This document shows positions 8,885 to 18,019 of a stretch of 64,000 nt of DNA, one piece after another. The DNA is from Herbidospora yilanensis (GTDB taxonomy: Bacteria > Actinomycetota > Actinomycetes > Streptosporangiales > Streptosporangiaceae). Position 1 is the first letter of the stretch. Every line of letters starts with the position of its first letter. Location: the NCBI RefSeq assembly GCF_001570565.1, contig NZ_BBXE01000013.1, positions 264,984-328,983 of the forward strand. The letters run 5' to 3'. The notes below the pieces were generated by a model, which saw only the letters and a list, made by a program, of their open reading frames with translations, was not told the origin of the DNA and ran no database searches. The translations under genes and the position numbers were made by a program.

Positions 8885-9253
8885 ATGAAGACCGCTCGCC
8901 TCATCCTCGTCGCCGGTGCGACCTCCCTCCTCATGGGCGTCGCCGCGTGTGGCGGTGGCTCGAACACGACCGAGGTCTGCAACGAGGCCATGAAGGCGTT
9001 CACCGACTACAGCACCAAGGTCGGCCAGGCCGCCGGAAACCTCGACGGGATCAACACCGAGACCCAGGCCCTCGCCACCCAGCTGAAGGGCCTGGCCGAC
9101 AAGGCCGACGGCGACCTCAAGTCGTCGCTCACCAAGATGGCCGACACGTGGGCCGCCCTCAAGATCGACCCGGCGAACCCCTCGGCGATCACGGAGTTCG
9201 CCACCAAGACCTCCGAGGCCACCCAGGAACTCGGCGTCGCCTGCGCCGGCTGA
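8885..9253 (+). CDS. Hypothetical helical lipoprotein
   Basis: The signal and lipobox read MKTARLILVAGATSLLMGVAACGG. An SD-like GAAGG lies upstream and GC3 is high. No family was recognised. Confidence 0.65.
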   Translation: MKTARLILVAGATSLLMGVAACGGGSNTTEVCNEAMKAFTDYSTKVGQAAGNLDGINTETQALATQLKGLADKADGDLKSSLTKMADTWAALKIDPANPSAITEFATKTSEATQELGVACAG

Positions 9254-9265
9254 CGCCCACCCGCA

Positions 9266-9293
9266 CCGCCGGGCCGCCACGACGGCCCGGCGG
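9266..9293 (+). terminator. GC hairpin after the lipoprotein gene (no U-tract)
   Basis: CCGCCGGGCC-N8-GGCCCGGCGG is a perfect 10 bp stem beginning 13 nt after the stop codon. Confidence 0.35.
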
Positions 9294-9477
9294 GGAACAA
9301 CCTTCTCTCCGTTACGGCTCCGCCCACCCCGGCACCGCCCGCCGCCCCCCTCCTGACCGCCCCCGGCGCCAACCGGCCGCGCACCCCCACCCCGCAACGC
9401 CTGCCCGACAAGAGGCCGAGCGATCCGGGGAGATCAGCCCGCCCACGAGCAGGCCCGGCCGGAGAAGACCGCGCCGC

Positions 9478-9745
9478 GGCCGAAGACCAAGAGGGAACGG
9501 CGTCAGGGCCCAAGACCCACCCGGAACGACATCGGGACCGAAGACCAGCAGGCGACCATGCCGGAGCCGAAAGCCCACAGGACACGGCGTCGGGCCGAAG
9601 ACCCACGGGCAACCCCCTCGGGGCCTGGAACGGCATCGGGACCGAAGACCGGCAGGCGACCGCGTCGGGGCCGAAGCCCACAGGGAACGACGTCGGGGCG
9701 CCCAAGGCCAGAACCGGCCACGTCCCACCGCCGAGGGCCCACGGG
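9478..9745. repeat. Degenerate tandem repeat, about 9 units with a 28-29 bp period
   Basis: Units start at 9478, 9506, 9534, 9563, 9592, 9620 (truncated), 9638, 9667 and 9695. The consensus is roughly GGGRCCGAAGACCCACRGGNAACGRCGTC. The period is not a multiple of 3, and no convincing ORF covers it. Confidence 0.5.
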
Positions 9746-10075
9746 ACCACGGCGAGCCACCGAGATTTACGAGAGGGCCTGCCCCGGACCACCCTCATGT
9801 GGCCGCGAAGGCCAGGGCACGTGTCCGCGAGAGAACAGGTCGGGCCGCGCCAGATTCAGCGGCCACGCGAGTCCGCCGGCCGCAACTCCAGGGCCAGGCG
9901 AACGATAAATCGGTCATTCAGTCAAAAACCGCCAGAAAAGGCTCTCGTAGGAGCTCGTCCAGCGATAACGCAGTCCCACCAGCCAAAACCCGGCAGGAAC
10001 AGATCCGGCCGGACGACCAGCCGGCGGGTGGAACCCAACCGGCAGGCCGTCGGCCGCACTCACATAGGTCAACCC

Positions 10076-10122
10076 GAGATCGCCGTACCCAAGAAACAGG
10101 GACGGCGATCTCGTGGTTTTCC
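10076..10122 (+). terminator. Strong intrinsic-terminator-like hairpin inside the non-coding gap
   Basis: GAGATCGCCGT-A-CCC-AAGAAACA-GGG-A-ACGGCGATCTC has an 11 bp perfect outer stem plus a 3 bp inner stem. It is followed by GTGGTTTTCC. Confidence 0.4.
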
Positions 10123-10500
10123 GGACAATCAGGCTGAGGGATCCAGACCGGGGTGGCATTCCCTGGTGACCCCGTCGACTCGGCGCGACGACGGGAGGGA
10201 CCGAACCGAATCCACCAGGAGACGGAATAGCGGGGGGAGGGGGAGGGAGCCCGGTTCTGGAGGAACCGTCACCCGGGATACATCGGGACGTTCTGTAGGA
10301 GAAACCACAGATGTCCTACATGTTTCGGGACGATAGATGGGACTTATGATTTTTGTCAACAGAAGTCTGCCGACCGACGAGATTAATTCCCCCGTCCAGG
10401 CCCATGTGACGTTGCACAAACCTGTATCTGCCAGCGAGAACACGCTCTCACGAGGCACGGGAACGGTCCGGCCTGGGATCACAATCAGCGTTGAGGCCCG

Positions 10501-10530
10501 TTGACCCTCCTCATATCCCGTAGTAACAAT
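10501..10530 (+). promoter_or_regulatory. Candidate sigma-70-type promoter
   Basis: TTGACC-N17-TAACAA(T) lies about 100 bp upstream of the GTG at 10628, in a locally AT-richer stretch. Confidence 0.25.
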
Positions 10531-10627
10531 GTCATCGATCAGCTCAAGGGCGGTGGCAGCCCGCGGGTCGACACAGAGTCACAGAGACGTGATCGGCGCA
10601 CGCGTCCCTCACCGAAGAGGAGTAAGC

Positions 10628-11791
10628 GTGAGCGACACGCATGCCCAAGACGACTCCCTCCGCCGCAAGCTGCGCCTGAACCGGCGCCAGTTCATGGCGG
10701 CCACCACTGGCGTGGCCGCGGCCACGGCGCTGCCGCTCGCTCTGCCCGGAGCCGCCATGGCCGATGACACCGTCCCCACGGCAGATCCCGCGCTGCCCGA
10801 CGACCGCAGCGCCCTGGTTCCCGCCTCGCAGCGAGGCATCATCCTCTACACCGTCCGTGACGCCACGGGCCGTGACCCCCTCGTCAACGACGCCCCCTCG
10901 GGCTTCCGCGAGGTGCTCCAGACCCTGTCGACGTTCGGTTACAAGCAGATCGAGTTCGCGGGCTACACCCAGCACGCGAACGCCGAAGGCGGCCGTTCCC
11001 TCGAGTCCGTCGCCGGCGCCCAGCTGCTGCGCTCCTGGCTCGACGAGTACGGCCTGCGGGCCCAGGGCAACCACGGCTTCATCCCCTCGTCGTGGCCGCT
11101 CAGCCAGGCCGACATCGACCGGTTCAAGCTGCACCTCGAAATCGCCAACACCCTCGGTATGCAGCACGTCGGCACCGGGTCCGACCCGACCGGCAGCAAC
11201 TACAAGGCCGACTGGGACGTCGCCATCGCCAAGTGGCACGCCCTGGGCGAGCTGGCGACCGCCGCCGGTCTGAAGCTGTACACGCACAACCACGACGCCG
11301 CGTACAACTTCCTGCTCGACAGCGGGCCGCTGGACGCGCTCGGCCGGCCGACCCGTTCGTCCGGCATCCGCAAGCTGGAGTACTTCCTCAGCCAGACGGA
11401 CAAGCACCTGGTCTTCCTGGAGATGGACCTGTACTGGGCGCACGTCGCGCAGTACAAGTACAGCAACTACACGGCGGCCGACGGCTCGGTCCAGCAGAAC
11501 ATCTTCAAGCCGTTCGAGCTGATCCGCGCCAACCAGAAGCGCTACCCGCTGTTCCACATCAAGGACGGCAAGAGCAACCCGGCCGTGCCGAACGGCTACG
11601 AGTTCGCCACGCTGGGCCAGGGCAACATCGACTACCGCGAGTTCTTCGAGATGGTGAAGATCCGCGACAAGCACCACCCGATGATCGAGCAGGACAACGC
11701 GCCGGGCGCCGACCCGATGCAGTCGCTGAACCTCGCCCAGCTCGCCTGGCTCAACTGGGCCGCCATGCGTGAAGACCGGTACTACGAGTAA
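10628..11791 (+). CDS. Tat-exported sugar phosphate isomerase/epimerase (xylose isomerase-like TIM barrel)
   Basis: GTG start preceded by GAGGAG, an internal start in track ORF 10529..11791+. The twin-arginine signal reads LRLNRRQFMAATTGVAAATALPLALPGAAMA. TIM-barrel segments follow (YKQIEFAGY, LGMQHVGTG, LKLYTHNHD, VFLEMDLYW, FHIKDG). Confidence 0.8.
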   Translation: MSDTHAQDDSLRRKLRLNRRQFMAATTGVAAATALPLALPGAAMADDTVPTADPALPDDRSALVPASQRGIILYTVRDATGRDPLVNDAPSGFREVLQTLSTFGYKQIEFAGYTQHANAEGGRSLESVAGAQLLRSWLDEYGLRAQGNHGFIPSSWPLSQADIDRFKLHLEIANTLGMQHVGTGSDPTGSNYKADWDVAIAKWHALGELATAAGLKLYTHNHDAAYNFLLDSGPLDALGRPTRSSGIRKLEYFLSQTDKHLVFLEMDLYWAHVAQYKYSNYTAADGSVQQNIFKPFELIRANQKRYPLFHIKDGKSNPAVPNGYEFATLGQGNIDYREFFEMVKIRDKHHPMIEQDNAPGADPMQSLNLAQLAWLNWAAMREDRYYE

Positions 11792-11964
11792 CCGCTGAGC
11801 GAGACGCGGACGGCCGAAGGCCGGCTGTGGCTCGCGCTCTGAATCTGCCTCGAAACACCGCCACAGGCCAGTTTCTCACCGGACCGCCGCGCGGATCCGC
11901 CGTTGCCCCGGCGGGCACGGCGGTCCGGTCACCGATACTCCTCGTCCAAGGAGAAGTACCTTCC

Positions 11965-14900
11965 ATGCAGCGTACCCGAAGGGCGCTGGGGGTCCTCGTG
12001 ACCACCCTGGCGCTTCCGTTAGGCATGCTCGGCGTCCCGGCGCAGGCCGCCGACGACCCGGCCGTCACCTGGTCGAACTACGAGAAGATCACCCTCACCA
12101 AGAACGTCGGCGAGCCCGTCGACATGGCCGTGCTCCCCGACCTCCGCGTGCTGCACACCGCGCGTAACGGCGACATCCGGCTGACCGACCCGTCGACCGG
12201 CGTCACCAAGATCATCAACACGATCCCGGTGTACAACAACTCCGAGGACGGTCTCCAGACCGTCGAGATCGACCCCGACTTCGCGACCAACAAGTGGGTG
12301 TACCTCTACTACGCCCCCCGCACGATGACCCCGCCCTACGTCGAGACCACCCCGACCGGCTCGGCGCCCAACACGCTGCCGGCGGGGCAGACCGACGCCT
12401 ACTGGGACCAGTGGAAGGGCTACAACCAGCTCTCCCGGTTCAAGTGGGACGGCGAGAAGCTCGACCTGACGACCGAGCAGGTCATCATCAAGGTCGAGAC
12501 CCAGCGCGGCCAGTGCTGCCACGTCGCCGGCGACGTCGACTGGGACGCCGACGGCAACCTCTACCTCGGCACGGGCGACAACACCCCCGCCTCCGCCCCC
12601 GGCGCCAACGGCTACGCGCCGAACAACGACGCCCCCGGCGTGAACCCGGGCATGGACACCCGTCGCGGCGCCGGCAACAGCAACGACCTGCGGGGCAAGA
12701 TCCTGCGCATCAAGGTCGCGGCCGACGGTTCGTACACGATCCCGCCGGGGAACCTGTTCCCGCCCGGCACGGAGAAGACCCGTCCGGAGATCTTCGTGAC
12801 CGGCGTGCGGAACCCGTTCCGCCTCGACGTCGACCCGTCGACCGGCACCCTCTCGTGGGCCGACTACGGCCCCGACGCCGGCGCGCCCAACCCCGACCGC
12901 GGCCCGATGGGCTACGTCGAGTGGAACACCACGCCGACGAACAAGCCGATCAACGCGGGCTGGCCGTACTGCACCGGCAACAACTTCAACTACAACAACT
13001 GGAACTTCGCGACCAACACCCCGCGTGAGTTCTTCGACTGCGCCGCCGGCCCGATCAGCGGCTCGCGGCACAACACGGGTCTGGCCCAGTTGCCGCCGGC
13101 CGTCCCGGCCGACCTCTACTACGGCGACAACAACACCCACCAGCCCGCCGAGTGGGCCGGTCTGACGGACTTCGAGCCCGCCGGTGGCCAGGGCCCCATG
13201 GGCGGCCCGATCTACCACTACGACGCCTCGAACCCGTCGACCTACAAGTTCCCCGAGTACTGGGACGGCAAGGCGTTCTTCGCCGAGTTCTCGCAGGACT
13301 ACCTGGCGGCCTTCACCGTCGCCGGCCCCGACGGCCCCGTGACGAAGATCGAGCACTTCTTCCCGAACCGGGCGCTCAACCAGGCGGCCATGCCGATCAC
13401 CGACAGCCCGATCGACATCGAGTTCGGCCCCGACGGCGCGCTCTACGTCCTCGACTACGGCGACGGCTTCTTCCGCGCGAACCCCGACGCCGGTCTCTAC
13501 CGGATCGACTACTCGCCGGACAACAAGACCCCGCAGGCCAAGATCAAGGTCGACAAGGCGTCGGCCAGCCAGCCGCCGCTGACCGTGAACTTCGACGGCA
13601 CGGGCTCCCGTGACCCCGAGGGCGACGCCCTCGCCTACGAGTGGGACGTCGACGGCGACGGCACCTTCGACAAGACCGGCGCCCAGGTCAGCCACACCTA
13701 CACCCAGACGGGTCTGTACTTCGCCCGGCTGAAGGTCACCGACGCCGGCGGCCGCTCGGCGCTGACGTCGATCGAGATCTCGGTCGGCAACACCGCCCCC
13801 GAGGTGTCGGTCAACAACCCGCCGAACGGTGGCTTCTTCGACTGGGGCCAGGCCATCCCGTTCAACCTGTCGGCCACCGACGCCGAGGACGGCCCGAACG
13901 CGGTCTGCTCCCGGATGCAGTGGAACTTCGGTCTCGGCCACGACTTCCACGCCCACCCGGAGACCCTGGGCACGGGCTGCACCGGCGCCTGGCCTACCCC
14001 GGCCAACGCCCCCGAGCACGGTGAGACCGAGAACATCTACGGCGTCATCGTGATCTCCTACCGGGACAACGGCGCCAACGGCCTCCCGCCCGCGCTGGGC
14101 GAGGCCAGCGTCATCCTCAACCCCAAGCTCCAGCAGGCCGAGCACGCCGACATCATCAACGGCGCGGTCGACACCGACGACCCGAACGCCTCGGGCCTCG
14201 GCAAGATCACCTCGCTTGACCCGGGCGACTCCATCGCGTGGGACCCGATCAACTTCGCCGGCATCGACAGCGTGAAGGTCCGCGCCTCCGGCGCCGGCAC
14301 CCTGGCGCTGCGCTGGAACTCGGCCACGGCCACGCCGTTCGCCAGCGTCACCATCCCGGCCGGAGCCGGCTGGCAGGAGGTCACCCAGTCGCTGGCCAAC
14401 GCCCCGACGGGCACCGGCCAGCTCTACGTCACCTCCACCGGCGGCGTCGAGGTGGACTCGTTCACCTACGTCGGCGGCGGCGTCGCCGACACCACCGCCC
14501 CGACCGTGACCGCGACGCCGAACCCGGCGCCGAACGCCAACGGGTGGAACGACGGCAACGTCAGCGTCACCGTCGCGGCGACCGACAACGGCACCGTCTC
14601 CAGCCGCCAGTACTCCACCAACGGCGGCCAGACCTGGGCCAACGCCAACAACCCGGTCAACATCACCGCCGAGGGCGTGACCACGTTCCTCTACCGGGCC
14701 ACCGACTCGGGCGGCAACGTCTCCCCGGTCGGCACGCTCACGGTGCGGATCGACAAGACCAACCCGACGGCCGCGGTCACCGGGGTCACCGCCACCGAGT
14801 ACGGCACCGGCGACGTCGTCACCCCCGTGGTGACCGGCACCGACGCCCACTCGGGGGTCGACACCACGACCGCCACGATCGACGGCGCCCCGATCACCCC

Positions 14901-15264
14901 GGGCCAGCCGTTCGAGTTGTGGAAGTTGTCGCTCGGCGAGCACACGCTCGTCGGCACGGTGAAGGACAAGGCCGGCCGCACCGCGACCGCCCAGGTCACG
15001 TTCACGGTGACGACGTCGTACGAGGACCTGGAGACGCTGATCCCCAGGCTCCGCGACGCCGGCAAGATCACCGCCAACGGCGCCACGGCGCTGCTGAACC
15101 ACCTGCGCGACGCGCAGCACAGCCTCAGCCTGAACAAGCCGAACGCGGCCAGGTCGGAGCTGAACGGCTTCATCCGCACGCTGTCCCAGCGTGACTACGT
15201 CAAGGACGCGGAAGTCCGCGCGGCGCTCGAAAGGGACGCCAACCAGCTTCTCTCCGAGATCTAG
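11965..15264 (+). CDS. Secreted multidomain PQQ-dependent sugar dehydrogenase-like protein (beta-propeller + PKD + carbohydrate-binding-like + Ig-like repeats)
   Basis: Internal start MQRTRRALGVLVTTLALPLGMLGVPAQA (signal peptide) with SD AAGGAGAA. The glucose/sorbosone-dehydrogenase-type propeller shows DGLQTVEIDPDF, GQCCHVAGDVDWDADGNLYLGTGDN, NDLRGKILRI and GVRNPFR. The PKD domain reads LTVNFDGTGSRDPEGDALAYEWDVDGDG, followed by a lectin-like module, Ig-like repeats (TTAPTVTATPNPAPNANGWNDGNVSVTV) and a helical tail. Confidence 0.8.
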   Translation: MQRTRRALGVLVTTLALPLGMLGVPAQAADDPAVTWSNYEKITLTKNVGEPVDMAVLPDLRVLHTARNGDIRLTDPSTGVTKIINTIPVYNNSEDGLQTVEIDPDFATNKWVYLYYAPRTMTPPYVETTPTGSAPNTLPAGQTDAYWDQWKGYNQLSRFKWDGEKLDLTTEQVIIKVETQRGQCCHVAGDVDWDADGNLYLGTGDNTPASAPGANGYAPNNDAPGVNPGMDTRRGAGNSNDLRGKILRIKVAADGSYTIPPGNLFPPGTEKTRPEIFVTGVRNPFRLDVDPSTGTLSWADYGPDAGAPNPDRGPMGYVEWNTTPTNKPINAGWPYCTGNNFNYNNWNFATNTPREFFDCAAGPISGSRHNTGLAQLPPAVPADLYYGDNNTHQPAEWAGLTDFEPAGGQGPMGGPIYHYDASNPSTYKFPEYWDGKAFFAEFSQDYLAAFTVAGPDGPVTKIEHFFPNRALNQAAMPITDSPIDIEFGPDGALYVLDYGDGFFRANPDAGLYRIDYSPDNKTPQAKIKVDKASASQPPLTVNFDGTGSRDPEGDALAYEWDVDGDGTFDKTGAQVSHTYTQTGLYFARLKVTDAGGRSALTSIEISVGNTAPEVSVNNPPNGGFFDWGQAIPFNLSATDAEDGPNAVCSRMQWNFGLGHDFHAHPETLGTGCTGAWPTPANAPEHGETENIYGVIVISYRDNGANGLPPALGEASVILNPKLQQAEHADIINGAVDTDDPNASGLGKITSLDPGDSIAWDPINFAGIDSVKVRASGAGTLALRWNSATATPFASVTIPAGAGWQEVTQSLANAPTGTGQLYVTSTGGVEVDSFTYVGGGVADTTAPTVTATPNPAPNANGWNDGNVSVTVAATDNGTVSSRQYSTNGGQTWANANNPVNITAEGVTTFLYRATDSGGNVSPVGTLTVRIDKTNPTAAVTGVTATEYGTGDVVTPVVTGTDAHSGVDTTTATIDGAPITPGQPFELWKLSLGEHTLVGTVKDKAGRTATAQVTFTVTTSYEDLETLIPRLRDAGKITANGATALLNHLRDAQHSLSLNKPNAARSELNGFIRTLSQRDYVKDAEVRAALERDANQLLSEI

Positions 15265-15282
15265 CCGGTAACTCGCAGGAAG

Positions 15283-15317
15283 AAGGTGGGGAGGCCCCCG
15301 TGGCCCCCCACCTTTTT
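15283..15317 (+). terminator. Rho-independent terminator
   Basis: AAGGTGGGG-AGGCCCCCGTGGCC-CCCCACCTT is followed by TTTCC, 19 nt after the stop at 15264. Confidence 0.6.
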
Positions 15318-15377
15318 CCATTCCGGCAGGCGGCGGAAAGGCGGACAAGCGCCTTTCCACCACCTGTGCGGCACTAT

Positions 15378-15590
15378 TTACAGGTCGAATTCGCCGCCCT
15401 TCACCCCGTGGACGAACGCGTCCCATTCGCCCGGGGTGAACGCGAGGATGGGCCCGGTCGGATTCTTGGAGTCGCGCAGCGCGATGGCGTGGCCCATCAG
15501 GGCCACCTCCACGCACTGGTCCCCCTGACTGTTGGACTTCTCGGCCTTGCGCCATGTCGCGGCCGAGACGTCGAGGTCGGTGAACTTCAC
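15378..15590 (-). CDS. DUF397-domain protein (BldB-like small protein)
   Basis: 70 aa: VKFTDLDVSAATWRKAEKSNSQGDQCVEVALMGHAIALRDSKNPTGPILAFTPGEWDAFVHGVKGGEFDL. It carries the typical W-R-K-S-S-x-S...CVEVA...RDSK signature. The GTG start overlaps the upstream stop (GTGA). Confidence 0.8.
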   Translation of the reverse strand: MKFTDLDVSAATWRKAEKSNSQGDQCVEVALMGHAIALRDSKNPTGPILAFTPGEWDAFVHGVKGGEFDL

Positions 15591-16432
15591 GAGGTCATCT
15601 CCTTCTCTGCGGATTCGAGTACTTCCAACGACCGTTCCGGGCTGAGTGCCGCGGCCCGTAAGTGGTCGAAGATGTGGGCGCAGCGCCTGAGCTGGTCGGG
15701 AGCCTCCAGGTAGAGTTCGCCGCCCGGGTTCTCGAGCAGCACGACCTCCCCGTCGGCGGGCCCGGCGAAGCTGAGGATGCTGAACGGACTGCCCATGCCG
15801 AGATAGGCGCCACCACGCAGAGAGAGCACCTGGATCGTGATGTTGGGGCGGTTGGCCAGTTCGTGCAGGTGGCGGAGTTGCTGGGCCATCACCTGCGGGC
15901 CGCCGACGCGGCGCCAGACGACTCCCTCGTCGAGCACCACCCACATCGCGAAGTCTGGCTGGTCGAGTTTGCGCTGCCGCTGAAGCCGCAGGGCGACCCG
16001 GCGGCCGGTGGCCTTCGGGGTCTCCTCCAGAGCGGCGCTGATGACGGCCCGCGCGTAGTCGGCGGTCTGGAGGAGTCCGGGGATGACCACCGATTCGTAG
16101 TTGCGCACCGACACGGCCTCCCATTCGAGCCCCACATAGGGCCCGGGGAGGACGTCACCGTAGGCGTGCCACCAGCCTCGGTCCCCCGCGTCACGGGCGA
16201 GGGCGACCAGGGCGGCCCGGTGGGCGGGGTCGGCATCGTACAGTTCGAGCAGGTCACGAAGGGTTCTGGCGCGGGGGCGGGTGAGCCCGGTCTCGATGCG
16301 GTAGACGGTGGAGAACGCGACACCGAGGTGGCTCGCGACCTCTTCGCGGCTGTAGCCGGATTCGGTGCGCAGGCGGGTCAGCTCACCGGCGAGGCGGCGT
16401 AACCGGATCGTCGGCAGTCGCCCAGTTCCCAT
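15587..16432 (-). CDS. XRE-family HTH regulator with a DUF5753-like C-terminal domain
   Basis: The HTH reads LRRLAGELTRLRTESGYSREEVASHLGVAFSTVYRIETG. The start at M20 of track ORF 15587..16489- is uncertain by 19 codons. Confidence 0.85.
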   Translation of the reverse strand: MGTGRLPTIRLRRLAGELTRLRTESGYSREEVASHLGVAFSTVYRIETGLTRPRARTLRDLLELYDADPAHRAALVALARDAGDRGWWHAYGDVLPGPYVGLEWEAVSVRNYESVVIPGLLQTADYARAVISAALEETPKATGRRVALRLQRQRKLDQPDFAMWVVLDEGVVWRRVGGPQVMAQQLRHLHELANRPNITIQVLSLRGGAYLGMGSPFSILSFAGPADGEVVLLENPGGELYLEAPDQLRRCAHIFDHLRAAALSPERSLEVLESAEKEMTS

Positions 16433-16585
16433 TTTACGAATTACCCCCAGCCGATTTCCTGGTAATGCCGGTGTCACGAAGTCTGCCACGCCGCGTTAGG
16501 GACTCCAGGTAATGCGGATTAGTGATGGTGGACATTTCTGCACCGCCGGAGAATCCCACGTCCTTCTTGGGGTAGCTGGCCTTGC

Positions 16586-18019
16586 ATGAAGCAGATCACG
16601 ACTGACATTCCCGCGCGGTTAGACCGACTGCCATGGTCGCGTTTCCACTGGCTCGTGCTGCTCGGGCTGGGCACCGTGTGGGTGCTCGACGGTCTCGAGG
16701 TCACCATCGTCGGAGTGATCGGGCCCCGGCTGACGAGCGACACCGGCGGGCTGAACCTGACCGACTCAGAAGTGGGCCTCGCGGCGGGCGTCTACGTGCT
16801 CGGCGCGTGCCTCGGCGCGCTCTTCTTCGGCCACCTGACCGACCGGTTCGGGCGGAAGAAGTTGTTCCTGGCGACGCTGGCCCTCTACCTGGCCGCCACG
16901 GTGGCGACGGCGTTCTCGTTCGAGCCCTGGTACTTCTTCCTGTGCCGGTTCTTCACCGGCGCCGGAATCGGGGGTGAGTACGCCGCCATCAACTCGGCCA
17001 TCGACGAGCTGATCCCGGCCCGGCTCCGGGGCCGGATCGACCTGATCATCAACGGTTCCTACTGGCTGGGCACGGTCTTCGGCGCGCTGGTGGCCATCCC
17101 GCTGCTCAACCCGGAGCTGCTGCCCGAGGACGTCGGGTGGCGTGTGCTGTTCGGGCTGGGCGCGATCCTGGGCATCGGCATCCTGCTGATCCGCAGGCTG
17201 GTGCCGGAGAGCCCGCGCTGGTTGTTCATCCACGGCAAGGACGAGGAGGCCGAGAGGATCGTCGCCGGCATCGAGCGGTCGGTGCACCGGGAGCTGCCGA
17301 AGGCCGACCGGCGGATCACGGTCAACCAGCGGGACCACACCCCGCTGTCGGAGGTCGCGATGACGCTGGTGCGGCGTTATCCGCGGCGTACCGTCGTCGG
17401 GTTGTCGCTGTTCGTCGGCCAGGCGTTCCTCTACAACTCGATCTTCTTCACCTACGCCCTGGTGCTGGCCACCTTCTTCGGGGTGCCCGACGGCTCGACC
17501 CCCTGGTATCTGATCCCGATCGCGATCGGGAACTTCCTGGGGCCGCTGCTGCTGGGCCACTTCTTCGACTCCATCGGCCGTCGGCCGTTGATCGCGGGCA
17601 CCTACGTGTTGTCGGGCCTGTTGCTCGTCGGCACGGCCCTGCTGTTCGACGCCGGGGTCCTCGACGCGACGACGCTGACCGTCTGCTGGATGGTGGTCTT
17701 CTTCTTCGCCTCGGCGGGGGCCTCGTCGGCCTACCTGACGGTGTCGGAGATCTTCCCGATGGAGACGAGGGCGCTGGCGATCGCGCTGTTCTACGCGGTC
17801 GGCACCGGCCTCGGCGGCATCATCGGGCCGGTGCTGTTCGGCCGGCTGGTGGAGAGCCAGCAGGTCGGGCAGGTGACGGTGGGCTACCTGATCGGGGCGG
17901 GGCTGATGGTCGCCGCCGGTCTGGTGCAGTGGTTCCTGGGCGTCGAGGCGGCCCGGCGGTCCCTGGAGGACATCGCCGAGCCGCTCAGCGCTCAGACCGT
18001 CGACCGCGCCCAGGCGTAG
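16586..18019 (+). CDS. MFS transporter
   Basis: About 12 predicted TM helices, with the MFS signature GHLTDRFGRKK between TM2 and TM3. The N-terminus LDRLPWSRFHW is typical of the sugar/aromatic-acid porter subgroup. Confidence 0.9.
   Translation: MKQITTDIPARLDRLPWSRFHWLVLLGLGTVWVLDGLEVTIVGVIGPRLTSDTGGLNLTDSEVGLAAGVYVLGACLGALFFGHLTDRFGRKKLFLATLALYLAATVATAFSFEPWYFFLCRFFTGAGIGGEYAAINSAIDELIPARLRGRIDLIINGSYWLGTVFGALVAIPLLNPELLPEDVGWRVLFGLGAILGIGILLIRRLVPESPRWLFIHGKDEEAERIVAGIERSVHRELPKADRRITVNQRDHTPLSEVAMTLVRRYPRRTVVGLSLFVGQAFLYNSIFFTYALVLATFFGVPDGSTPWYLIPIAIGNFLGPLLLGHFFDSIGRRPLIAGTYVLSGLLLVGTALLFDAGVLDATTLTVCWMVVFFFASAGASSAYLTVSEIFPMETRALAIALFYAVGTGLGGIIGPVLFGRLVESQQVGQVTVGYLIGAGLMVAAGLVQWFLGVEAARRSLEDIAEPLSAQTVDRAQA

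Noticed and set aside
9478-9745. Possible CRISPR array (repeat length about 28-29 bp)
   Set aside because: The units are directly abutting with no unique spacers, they are degenerate, and no cas genes are present in the window. I call it a tandem repeat.
8830-10137. 435-aa Arg/Pro-rich plus ORF and the 9007..9798 minus ORF across the gap
   Set aside because: It overlaps the genuine lipoprotein gene in another frame. The underlying DNA repeat has a 28-29 bp period that is not a multiple of 3, the composition is extreme and there is no start context. I treat the region as non-coding.
10190-10260. tRNA-like fragment (GACCGAACCGAATCC resembles a T-arm)
   Set aside because: No acceptor stem, anticodon arm or D-arm could be built around it by eye, so it is probably a chance similarity.
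12019-15555. 1178-aa minus ORF, the longest in that region
   Set aside because: It is exactly antisense to the PQQ-type dehydrogenase gene and has V/G/R/D/A low-complexity composition. This is a typical GC-rich shadow ORF.
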